Of a stretch of 64,000 bases of DNA, positions 14,347-25,355 are shown one piece after another. The DNA comes from Phallusia mammillata (lineage: Eukaryota). The stretch lies in the NCBI GenBank assembly GCA_965637545.1, contig OZ281497.1, positions 19,654,001-19,718,000 of the forward strand. Reading direction: 5' to 3'. Below the pieces are notes generated by a model. It worked only from the letters and a program-made list of their open reading frames with translations. It was not told the DNA's origin and ran no database searches. Each line of letters begins with the position of its first letter. Within the stretch, counting starts at the first letter, position 1. The position numbers and the translations under genes were made by a program.

Positions 14347-16126
14347 ATGATTCCAAGAGAAAAATCGTATTGGACAATTCGACGTAGAGTTAAGCAAAAA
14401 GTTCAAGAATGCTATTTGGAAGTTTCTTCACAGAATAAAGCTTCCCCAAATCCCCATCCTCGAACTTTGGATTTACAAAATGGTGACTGTCTTTTGGAAA
14501 ATAGTGGTAGTAGTTCTAACCATTTTACAGATAATGTTAGTACAGGTTCAAGTGACACTGAGTCAGACATGCAATGTCAAGTCGAAGAGAAACATTCTGA
14601 TGACGATTTGTTTTCTATAGACCAGGGTTTAAAAAATGATGCTGATATTTTCAACCTGCAGGCTGAAATTGCTTTGTGGGCAACATAAGAGTAAAACATC
14701 CTGACCTTCCTAAAGACCCTCGCACACTGCTGGGAACATGTACATCATACGAAACAAAACAAATTTCTGGTGGGCAGTATTACCATTTTGGCATTAGTAC
14801 ATGTATTTGCAAAGAGTTAAAACGGGTTTCATTATTGCCTGAATGTGGTAGCACTTTGAGACTGCAAATAAATATTGATGGGCTGCCACTCTTTAAAAGT
14901 ACCAATGATCAATTTTGAAAGCAAGCAAGGAATGTTAACAAAGCAAGGAATGTTAAGGGTTTTTTTAAATGAAAAACCATTTCTTATTGGCATCTATCAT
15001 GGCCTGACAAAACCAAAACCGGTTAGTGAGTATCTTGAGGATTTTATCAATGATATGACATCCATTCAGAAAGACGGTCTATTGTTTAACGACATGCAGT
15101 ACAGAGTTATTTTGTCAGCGGTTATATGTGATGCCCCAGCTCGGTCACTGGTCAAATGTGTCAAGCAACACAATGGATATGCCGGTTGTGACAAGTGCAC
15201 GGATCATGGCACTTGGATAAATCATAGAATGACCTTTCAACAGAATGCAGAACTGAGAACGGATTCTTCATTTAAAGATATTATAGATGAAGAACATCAT
15301 ATGTCTAGGTCACCACTTTTGTCACTTGATATTGGAATGGTCTCTAACTTTCCTTTGGACTATATGCATTCAGTGTGCTTGGGTGTAATGGAGCGCCTAA
15401 TATTTTTATGGTCAAAAGGCCCATTGCCGCTGCGAATCAGTAGCCGACATATAAAAAGTATATCCGAGTCGTTGCTGTCTTTGCGGCAGTATATACCTAG
15501 TGAATTTGCCCAGAGGTTTAAATGAGTTTGAAAGATGGAAGGCAACAGAATTTCGCCAGTTTTTGTTATACACTGGCCCAGTTGTGTTAATTGATATTTT
15601 GGATCCCGATGTGTATGAAAACTTCATGCTTTTACATGTCGGAATATTAATACTTGCAAGTCCAAAATTACATCTCAAACTACACGATTATGCAGACAAA
15701 TTGCTGATAGCTTTTGTTCAGCACTATTCTGCTTTATATGGAGCTGACAGCATTGTGTATAATGTACACAGTTTAATACACATCAGTGAAGATGTTACAA
15801 TTCACGGTCCCCTTGATACATTCTCATCATTTCCCTTTGAAAACTATTTACAATTTTTAAAGAAAATGGTGCGTAAACCAGAGTCTCCACTGCAACAAGT
15901 TCTACGACGCCTTTCTGAGCAAAGTTTAACTACCCCTAACAGCAAAAAGCCAGTAAAATTTCTTCACCGACATAGCAATGGTCCTTTGCTCACTGAATGT
16001 AATTTTAATATGTTACAATACAAAAAACTGCAATTTTCTTGGTACACAGTTGAACTGCATGAAAGAGATAATTGTTTTTCCATTTCTGAAATTGTGTTTT
16101 GGGTTTTATTTTTTTGTTACACCTGA
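14347..16126 (+). pseudogene. EnSpm/CACTA-like transposase with at least 3 frameshifts
   Basis: Consecutive frames give KHPDLPKDPRTLL, NIDGLPLFKS, CDAPARSLVKCVKQHNGYAGCDKC, FPLDYMHSVCLGV, ERWKATEFRQFLLYTGPVVL, VYNVHSLIH and FSSFPFENYL. Frame breaks occur near 14685, 14915-14955 and 15515; the C-terminus appears truncated. Confidence 0.88.
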
Positions 16127-16324
16127 CTGCTTTTAACAAGTAATTAGTTGGGGATAAAGCAAATAAATACTATGGAGTAATGTGATGAATATATACATAG
16201 GTATCCTTTTTGTTGTAAGTCATTGTGAACAATGGTAAAATGAACCATTGTAGTTTTTCGCTGCTTGTAGTTATGTGTTTTTATTTCATTTTTTTGTTGT
16301 TGCAGATTTTTTGAGTAACTGAAA

Positions 16325-18119
16325 ATGTATGCTGTGGTTGAATTTACACAACATGATGGTGAATGTAGTGTGGAAATAATTCCACAATTATGGTTGGAGA
16401 ATGATGGTCAGTGCTGCGGCTGGCCTCCATATCAAGATAATACAAAAATTACCAAAGCTGTAAAGAATCAAATTAATGCACTTCCATCCTGGCCAAAGTA
16501 TGGCATTGAAAGAATAATGTACCAAACTGGTGAGTTGTTTAAAAGTTTTTTTTTCACATTTAACACATTTTAATGTTGTTTATGTGTAGATTCATATTTA
16601 AAAGCACGTGAGAAGTTAAAGTTGGCAGAAGACTTTTCAGATCTCCAAACTGATACAGACCACACTCCAAAAGCAAAGCGTAAAAAGAGGCAAGATGATG
16701 TTGGCATAGTTTGTATTATAAGTAAAACTGCAATATGTAAATGCAGCATATATTGAAAATATGATACCAACATATTTGTCACCAGTTTAAATTATTTATT
16801 TAGACCAATCATCAGATATGATGATGAAGATGAAGTGTGTTCCCGCCCTAAAAAGCGTTCGGCACCAGTTGTTCCACTTTTAAGAACAAGCAGTGCCATT
16901 ACAGAAAGTCAATTAAAAGAGCAACTGCTAAACAATGAAGTATTTACATCAGAGAGACACCACATTGTAAGCTCAGATGACACTATTGAGGTCTCTCCAT
17001 CCTCATCATCAATTGAATCGACAAGAAGGCACAAAAGCAAAACTGCCTCCACACAGAGAACTATTGAGAGACCCTATTACACAATACCTTCCAGTAAGTG
17101 ATTTTCTTAAGAATTTTAACAAGTTTGTAGTGTTTACAAATGTTACTTCGGCATGTTTTCAGCTGTTGAAAAAAAGATACTTGCAAGTTTGGAACAAATA
17201 AAGTTGCAAATTGCAAACAACACATTCCTTATTCGGTCATTGGCCAATGCCAATTCACTGTCAGAAGTAATACTGCCACCAGGAATTGAACTTCCTTTGG
17301 GCAATATGGAAACTTTAAACACTGTTGAAGAACTATTAAGTGACTGTAAAACAGAAAAACAGCTGGTAAGTTTAACAGAGTTTGCAATTGTTTACTGATG
17401 AGTCGAAAGAAAGCTAAAGTCCTATCATCCGTAATGCTGTGCACATGTTAGAAAAAGTTATAAATATCCAACTCTACTTTTGTAGTAGCACTTCTGTTAT
17501 TTGTTGCTTGTACCAATTTAGACATCATTCCTTGGTGCAGTGGTTCTTAACCTTTTTTCCTTGCTGCACCCCATTCAAATCACCAACCAATTTTCGCACC
17601 CCCTTTCAAATCACTAACCAATTTTCGCTCCCCCTTCTGTAATTGCTTAAATAGAATAGACCTAACCAACCTTAATGATTCAGCATCCCCGCACCCCCTA
17701 GGAACAGTTCTCGCACCCCTTGGGGGTGCGTGCACCCCAGGTTAAGAACCCCTGCCTTGGTGGCATTGGTGGAAAAGATGTGGCAAACACAACCAGAAAT
17801 ATCATGCGCCACCTTTTGGGGAATACTGTAGCACAACAATTTAATATGAAGGGAAAAGGATCAAAGTGACCCTTTCTGCTTCTGAAGCTGCATAAAGTGG
17901 TTCAAAGTAAGAAAAAAATTGAGCAAATAAAAACACCAGACCAAAATCTACAGAAACTGTTTGGTTAAATGTATACCTAGTTTTACCAGTAATTATTTTG
18001 CAGATGCTGTTCGAAAAAACCACCGGACAGCTACAGCAACAGGTGCTGAAATTGATGACATCATAAAAGACTGGCTGCGCTTCGCCAAAGACAGAGGTGG
18101 AGGGCGAAAAGAGAGCTGA
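16325..18119 (+). pseudogene. Second (accessory, DUF4806-like) spliced gene of the EnSpm-type element
   Basis: Exons 16325-16529, 16590-16689 (GC donor), 16804-17093, 17163-17365, ~17522-17909 (interrupted by a MITE, with an in-frame TGA), 18004-18119. It begins MYAVVEF..VEIIPQLWL..CCGWPP and ends DWLRFAKDRGGGRKES, as in accessory ORFs of animal CACTA-like elements (recalled, not searched). Confidence 0.72.
17538..17754. mobile_element. hAT (Charlie-like) MITE, 217 bp, nested in the EnSpm-type element
   Basis: TIRs CAGTGGTTCTTAACC and GGTTAAGAACCCCTG; perfect 8-bp TSD CCTTGGTG at 17530-17537 and 17755-17762. Confidence 0.93.
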
Positions 18120-19594
18120 ATGAAAGTGCAGGTCATTACCAGTTTAAGTGTAACACACTATCTAATACAGTTTGTCGAATTAAACTTGGCTGTCTGTTTA
18201 ATGGTGTTTTGAATTCATGTGCCATCTTGAACCTAAACATTTAAGTGTGTAATCTCTTAATTTCAGTAAATAATTAAACTCCAATGTAACTATGGAAGTA
18301 AATTAAACTTTTTAGTTGCCATTGTACAAGTATTAACATTTTTGCCTTTCATTACAGACACGTCTTTGTCGTGATCCCTGAAGAGACTGCAGTAGGATTG
18401 ATGGAGTAGGATTCGTTTGTTTAATAAACTTTTGTTACAACAGAACGTTGTGTGCTCTTGTTGGCCCATTGTAGGGAATTAAGATTGTGTGGTAATGTTG
18501 GTTCTACGAAGGCGAAAGTTAGAGAAATTACGTCGGGCCATCACTATTGATAGTTGGGGGAACGTTGGTTATTACAATTCATTTTCAAAGACCAGTTGGC
18601 CCAATGTTGGTCTAAGGTTTACGCCAACCGTGGGCCGATGAGCAAAAACACATTACTCCAACGTTTTACCGACAAAGTTGGGCCGATTAAAAGCAACAGT
18701 ACGACCAACGTAACGCCGACCAAAAAATGTTATCTGGGTCTGTTAGCTCCTGTGATTATCACTGTCTTTCCAGTTAACTTGATGTCACTCCTTACCCAGC
18801 TACCCGATGCTGACCTCGTGTTCGTAGGCACATTTTAAATTTACGTGGTTAAAAGATGCTTTGCACAAGAAACATAACATTAACTATACTCGATCGGTTA
18901 TGCAACAAATACAAGGCGTCGCATTTTTTAGTAAATATTGCTTTGGTCGCGAGTGTAGATCCAGCAATAATAGTAGACTGTCATGGCTTTATCATGGAAG
19001 TCGAAGCAAGACATATTCTAACCAGGCCGTGCTTGTCTATCAATTAACTTAAGTCCAACTACATGTAACAAAAGCTGTTTAATCAACCTTGCGCTTAATC
19101 ATCAACCTAAAGTTAGAAAACAATTAACTTTTTAAACCGTTCTCACAATCGTTGTTGCTGTAAAAGTAAACTGTACCGAACAAAAGCAAAGACGGGACAT
19201 CTGTATGTAACGAAAGCCTAGGACGTGGGATTGCAAGCATGAACCATTACACTATCACGACGTAGCTTACAGTTTCCTGAACATTCGTGCTAGGTACAAT
19301 AATCAGACGCTATTTTAGTCCGTCCACTGTCATTTGGCACATGATAAGTGTGTGCTTTCACATGAGGTGCCAACAGTCATTTTTCCAGAAAATACAGAAC
19401 AGGCGCTTCGTCCTAACACATGGTACCTATAGGTCTATGTGATTAGGTCTAACTTTAACAAAGTCTATGATAAAACGATTTTTATTAACGCGCCACAAGA
19501 TACAATCAAGTTTTTTACTTGCAATCTGTAGAAGTGAAGTAAACTTATTTTTGACACCAAGGGTTTTGACATTTTGCATCACCTTTCTCACAAG

Positions 19595-21750
19595 CAGTGG
19601 CGGCTCGTGCCTAAAATTTGTGGGGGTGCTGCCCATTGTGACGCAATAATGTACACGAGTGTAAACAGCAGACGGCATCATTTGTGTATTTTGTTTACTT
19701 GCACAGCGACGGGCTAAACACAATAACTTGCACAGCGACGGGCTAAACACAATAACCCATTGTGACGCAATTTTATTGTGACGCAATAATGTACACGAGT
19801 GTAAACAGCAGACGGCATCATTTGTGTATTTTGTTTACTTGCACAGCGACGGGCTAAACACAATAACGTTCAGTCATAATGTGAAAAACAAAAACATACG
19901 TGGCACAGCTTCGAAACGAAGCGGTTGTAAATACGGTAAAACACAACAGGAATTTCAGTTCGACAACAAAAATTTTCATGTTTCATTTGAGTAAATTTAG
20001 TCACAGTCAGCGTTTTCAACATATTCTATGACACTTCACAGATTATTGTCACACAAAAAAAACTAGCCATACAGCTTTTTATTGGTATCATAACTAACAA
20101 ATTTAACAACCACATTACATTGGTTTCAGAACTTGTTCATTTAAACATCTTTCTTGAATTTTTGCGTACAGACTATTAATTGTATTTTAGTTTCTTAACT
20201 GCAATAATTGCTGCTTGCTGACAAATAGCTTGTAATTCCTCCTTCAAGTTCAAACCGCCTTCAAGCTTTAAAATTTACAACACTCCCACTTAAATTTAAA
20301 CCATACTATTAAATCTTGTGCTTCCTTTTTCCAACCAAAATGAATCATGAGGTTATAGTTAGGGCATGATAATTGATAGCTTCTTCCTTAATCCCAAATG
20401 ATAACTAAGAAAATGTTTTTCTATTTAGTACTAGCACTGCAAGTCTTTTGGATATATTGGTGTTCCTCAGCAAAACTGGCATCTTTGTCAGTGTTAAAAA
20501 GAACTGTTTTGCCTTTGAAGGAATCATGGAAACAGCAAAAAAGGATTTTTCATCCTAGTAGTTTAACTTGTCAAAACATCATCTCTAGATTAATTATTTT
20601 CAAAGTAATCATGAACATCAGATCTACAGAAACATTTTGAGTAGCTAGCTGTTCTTTGTCAACAATAGGATGTGCTTGGTGTCACTACTATCTTGTCTGT
20701 AGAATAATCATTCTTAAGCAACACTTCCTGTGAAGCAATTTAGCAGCTACTGTTTAGACAAACAGTACATGTCCATTATATCAATACACATGATTGCACT
20801 TGGTTGCAAATAGTATTTGTATTTGCCAAATACTGTCCATATGGTGTGTTAAGAAATCCACACTTTAAATTGTCTTCACTCTTTTTTGTCTTCATTTCAA
20901 AATTCCTGTTGCTTGCAGTTGTTAGTTCTGCATTTGATATTGCCTGAATTTCAGTAAGGCATTTAACTTCACAGTCACAAATTTAATTATTGTTTGGTAG
21001 CATTAGGAACTAAAACTAAGTATTTCTTGTTGTTGCTTATTCCTGCATGACATTGGAGTAGCAGATGTTTTGTCCCATACTTTCATAACTCTTTTAAATT
21101 CAGTTATTTATTATAAAGGTTAATTGTGACTTTTGAAGGTGTTAGATGACCTTTTTTTTCTTTTTCAAGGTGTTAGATTAGATACACTTATTTAATTCAA
21201 TGATAACTGTAAAACCTGAAACCCACTTACAGTCATCTTAAAAAGTCACGACTAACAGTCAAACAACAAATTTAATGATAGCAAAGTAATTCTTTAACTG
21301 CACTTACTGTCGAACTTAAAAACACAGTACACGGGTTTGGCTTTGGAGCTCACTGATGCGAAGCAGACAACACAACTAGCGCTACGTCACGCGAGGGGCT
21401 GCGCGAGCCACAGCCCCCTCTCGCCTATTTCGCCCGGCATGTAGCTTTTCCAAGTGCGCATGCGCACAACTGAAAACGTCATGAAACGTCACGAAACTGG
21501 AGCTGCAGCTCCGCCATAGATAACATATTATTATTTTTTCACAATTTTTTTTTTAAATAATACAAAATTTTTATTAATTTTATTTTAATAAAATGCCGAT
21601 TAATGCCATAAAAGTTATTCTTAGTATACACTGATCAAACATAAAAACTATATGTAAAGATTGTTTTGTATAACAACTTGGAATAGGAATGTCAAGTAAA
21701 AATACTGGGGGTGCTGCAGCTCCGCAGCCCCCTCGCACGAGCCGCCCCTG
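19595..21750. mobile_element. Non-autonomous hAT element, 2156 bp
   Basis: TIRs CAGTGGCGGCTCGTGC and GCACGAGCCGCCCCTG; 8-bp TSD CTCACAAG at 19587-19594 and 21751-21758. The paralogous site at ~8185 is empty. The interior is AT-rich with no intact ORF. Confidence 0.93.
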
Positions 21751-22475
21751 CTCACAAGCAAAATCCGTATCTGTGTGCAATAGCTTCAAATTCTGCTTGA
21801 CTTCCTGTATGGTAGCCTACTGTTGAGCGGTATTATTGAATTCTATCGATAGCATACTATTACTTTGTAAAAGAGGTTGTCATCCACAATATCATAGAGG
21901 AGTTCCATACACCTCTTCATATAAAATATCTCTCTGCCCTTGGCTGTGCCCTAATCTGAATCGGCCTTTCGGACATAGCGCAAAACGGAATCGAATTTAA
22001 CGTAAAGAAAACAAGAAAGTCGAAATCCACGTGTGTTGCCTGATTTAGAAACCATCTCAATCAAGTTGATTCCAATCCCTTTTTAGTGTGTTGTAAAAGT
22101 AAATTTTACCTATCTCAGCACTTGGGTAGCTATAGGGTTGGCCAAAGGTACCACGCACCCCTTACAACATTTTAGATTTATTAAAAAGGCTTCTCGTAAA
22201 AAACAGGTTAGTAGGCTACGCCAGCGATCTCAATTAATCCCTCGTTGCCATATCGCAAACATATGTTAATTCACAATATTAGTCTACCTGGACTTTGATA
22301 TTAACATTTTTTAATTTAAATTTAAACCCGAGAGTTGAAAAACTCATGAAGCAACAATCTAATATTTTATTTATGCAACCAGTTGAAGAAATTGGAAAAA
22401 ATGGTGTAAAAGTCGCGAAAATACAAAAAGCTACAAATGCTAGAAATTTCCACCAAATCAAAACCATGTGGGTTT

Positions 22476-24799
22476 CTATGACGAAAGGCCGGTAAGTTCT
22501 TCGCTTACTTCCCACAAACGTTTAGCCTCGTCGAGTTTTTTTGCGGCGTTGCTTTCATTGGTAATCTTGCAGTCGCTGAAATGTGAAAAAATTAGGATCG
22601 TAGGCTAATTGCTTTCACGCAACGGTTCATTTCAACGAAGAATAAATTTTAGTTTAGTACTAGGCCTATATGAGTCCAAAAAAATAGTCTACATTTTCAT
22701 ATTATTGTTGCTATATTTCAGTTTTAACCCCGATCCCTAAAACCGTTATACCTGAAATATTTTCCACTGACGTTTTCCAATTCAGGGGCGATCGCGCAAT
22801 AAATACTGGTCTGTGCCCCATGAACGGCAGTTTTGAACGCAGCTTTTCGTATGGGATACATACAGCAGTTCAAACAGGACCTCCAGCACGATACATTGCC
22901 GTCGTATAAATGCCTCCACAAATCTGTTTGCACCACGCCAGGATGTAGAGCGTACGCCGACACATTCGTTCCTGAATTGTCACGCAAATGATAAGAATAA
23001 AACGTATTAGCACCCAATAAGGTGTAAGTTGGGCTGGACTTTTCCGCTTGTGTTTGGGTTTGACTTTAAATAAATAAAATCCGACTCAACGATTCGCAAT
23101 TGTGTCATAATTTATTTGAAAAAAAAGACGGGTCGTGTCACGTTGCATACAGCTTTGTAGCACAAATCATATGTATAATTTAAGGTCAACGTACGGGTTT
23201 TGTATTGCTAAGCGCATTTTAACCATATGGATCGCTCATCAAATGTCCCGTTTTTATTTCCGTTGGTCTGACGGAACTTGTTTTAAATTGTGGTCCGATC
23301 GGACTAGCAGCAACCACATTACTTTTGGCTTAAACAATAATTAAATTCAATAACTTTATCCTAGACTTTGTTTTAAAGGCATCGATAATTACTATATTGT
23401 CACAAAACTGTTCGAAACCAGACACCGGCAACAACTGTTGAAACAAAAAAAAAATTCCTATCGGATCAACGGCCATGGACACGGGATAAAAAAAAGCACT
23501 TCAGCAACGACATACCTTCAAGGCGCGCAGCAAGTTCTTTGACAAAAAGGACGTTCATCAATTTGCTTTGGCAGTACGCATCACCGGCAGAATAGTTCTT
23601 GCTCATGTTCAAGTCGTTCCAGCGAATTTTTCCGCACTGTTTGTGTGCACCGGACGAAACCACGACAATACGGCTGGGTGCACTTCTCTTTACCAATTAT
23701 ACGATAACACATAGTTAGACCCAAGAGGGGTGAGCCGTTTTTGTTTTGCCAGTTACGTTTGATGATGACGTGAGACAAATTTGACCCAAAGGCAAAAAAG
23801 ACAAATGCTTAAAGGTTGCGGTCGTTTCTAAACTCTTTTTAGTAATCTAGGCAAGTGGTAACACATGAAAACTCGGTCAACTGCAGTATAGGGTTATTTG
23901 TTTCAACAGCATACGTAACAATCGTAGTTGTGTGGTCACAAACCTTAATCAAATCGAGCAACAGGTTGGTTAAGAGAAAGTGGCCAAGATGGTTCACTCC
24001 GAACTGGATTTCAAAACCGTCTTTTGTTTTCCCTTCCGGACACAACATTACACCTTAAAACATCTTGGGTATCACATTTCGTGGACTTAAAAGAGTCTCG
24101 TTGAGGCATAGAAAACTCTCCGGGGCGTGTTTTACGCAATGTCATGCTTTGGTTGTTTGCCATGCTATAGCCCCAGAAAATCAAACAAAATGGGTACAAA
24201 TGCAAATACAGAATATCATACCTGCATTGTTAATGAGAATGTCGAGCCTTTCTTCAGTTTCATTGATGTCAGCAGCAAATTGTTTAATTGAATCGAATGA
24301 CGAAAGGTCCAAATGTTTCACAATAATTTTGCTGTCGTCACATTCCGTTTCTTTTATAACCTAAAAAATCGACAATGACCTATCAAACTTACACTTTCAA
24401 AGGCTTACTCATGTTGGTCAATGGAATGTGTTGGAATGACCTGATAACACCAAAGTAAACAAGGAGTGAAGGAATGTGAAATAGCCAAATCAAACATATA
24501 GGCGGAAATAGCCTATAACTGAGCAATGGTCTCTCTAAAGTCTAGTTAAATATATGTGACTTAACACAACACAAATAGCGTAAAAAGACATGATTTAAAA
24601 GTCTTACCCTGCCTTTTGCTTCACCGGCACGTTCCAGGCTTCTGCAAGCTATAATTACTCTTGCATCTCTCTTGACCAAATCAATTGCCGTTTCAAGACC
24701 AATGCCAGTGTTGGCTCCTGTGATTACTACCGTCTTTCCAGTTAACGTAACGTTGCTTCTCACCCAACTGCCTGATGCTGATTTGATATTTGATGGCAT
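22476..24799 (-). CDS. RDH11/12/13-like SDR copy C (type 1), intact, 310 aa
   Basis: Exons 24799-24608, 24360-24222, 24053-23944, 23687-23516, 22971-22752, 22575-22476; same exon sizes and motifs as copy A. Confidence 0.92.
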
Positions 24800-25355
24800 T
24801 TTATACACTTACGCAACGCACGTACTCACAAGAATAGTTGCTGGCAGCTCGGAAGTCAGACAGTAGATCTCTGCCGCAAGCGTAGCATTTAGAAAAAGGC
24901 GTACGTATCTCGTATCCTAGCAGCGTTAATTATTAAGTCGCAACAATGACTCAGCAATTTGGGTTGGGTAGGTGTCAACAAAGATATGTACATGTGTTTC
25001 GGTGCAAACAGGTGTTGTAGTTGGAGCATAACATAAGAAGCGTTGTTGTATTTTCCTGAGAGTTTCAATTCTACCTACAACTACAATTGTGACGTCTTTA
25101 TATGTAATTGTTACGTTAAAACAAGGAATGAATTTTGGAAAACAAGGAATAAACATGTTAACGCAATAAATGAATTTATGCCAGGTGTACATAAAGTGTG
25201 AAACTGCCTTGGGTTCCAATGTGCAAAGTTATGTAACGATGCGAAACACATGTAGTAGTTAGCAAATTACCATGGCAAAGTATTTCTGTTTTTGCCATTA
25301 ATGACACAAAATATTCAAATAAGAAACATACAAAACAAAAGCCAAATGGTTATTT

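Larger units (their letters stand above)
13421..18738 (+). mobile_element. EnSpm/CACTA (CMC)-type DNA transposon, 5318 bp, two genes, defective
   Basis: Termini are CCCAGATAGCA and TGTTATCTGGG (TIR, 1 mismatch in 11) with a 2-bp TSD (TC). Removing the element rejoins RDH exon 1 (GANRGIG). Many GTTGG/CCAAC subterminal motifs lie at about 13440-13720 and 18460-18725. Confidence 0.9.
11819..18831 (-). pseudogene. RDH-like SDR copy B (type 2), disrupted
   Basis: Compared with intact paralog D: the start codon reads GTG (18829-18831); exon 1 is split by a 5.3-kb transposon at 13421-18738; exon 2 is reduced to a ~30-bp remnant near 13195-13220; exon 5 (12353-12133) has one extra G (5 vs 4 at 12197-12201), shifting the frame. 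Exons 3 (13155-13046), 4 (12720-12549) and 6 (11933-11819) are still open. Confidence 0.9.

Noticed and set aside
17395-17408. CTGATGAGTCGAAA hammerhead-like core
   Set aside because: No room for stem II and no stems I or III; chance match.
19635-19867. Repeat-spacer-like pattern resembling CRISPR
   Set aside because: Eukaryotic context, simple local duplications inside a hAT element, no unique spacers and no cas genes.
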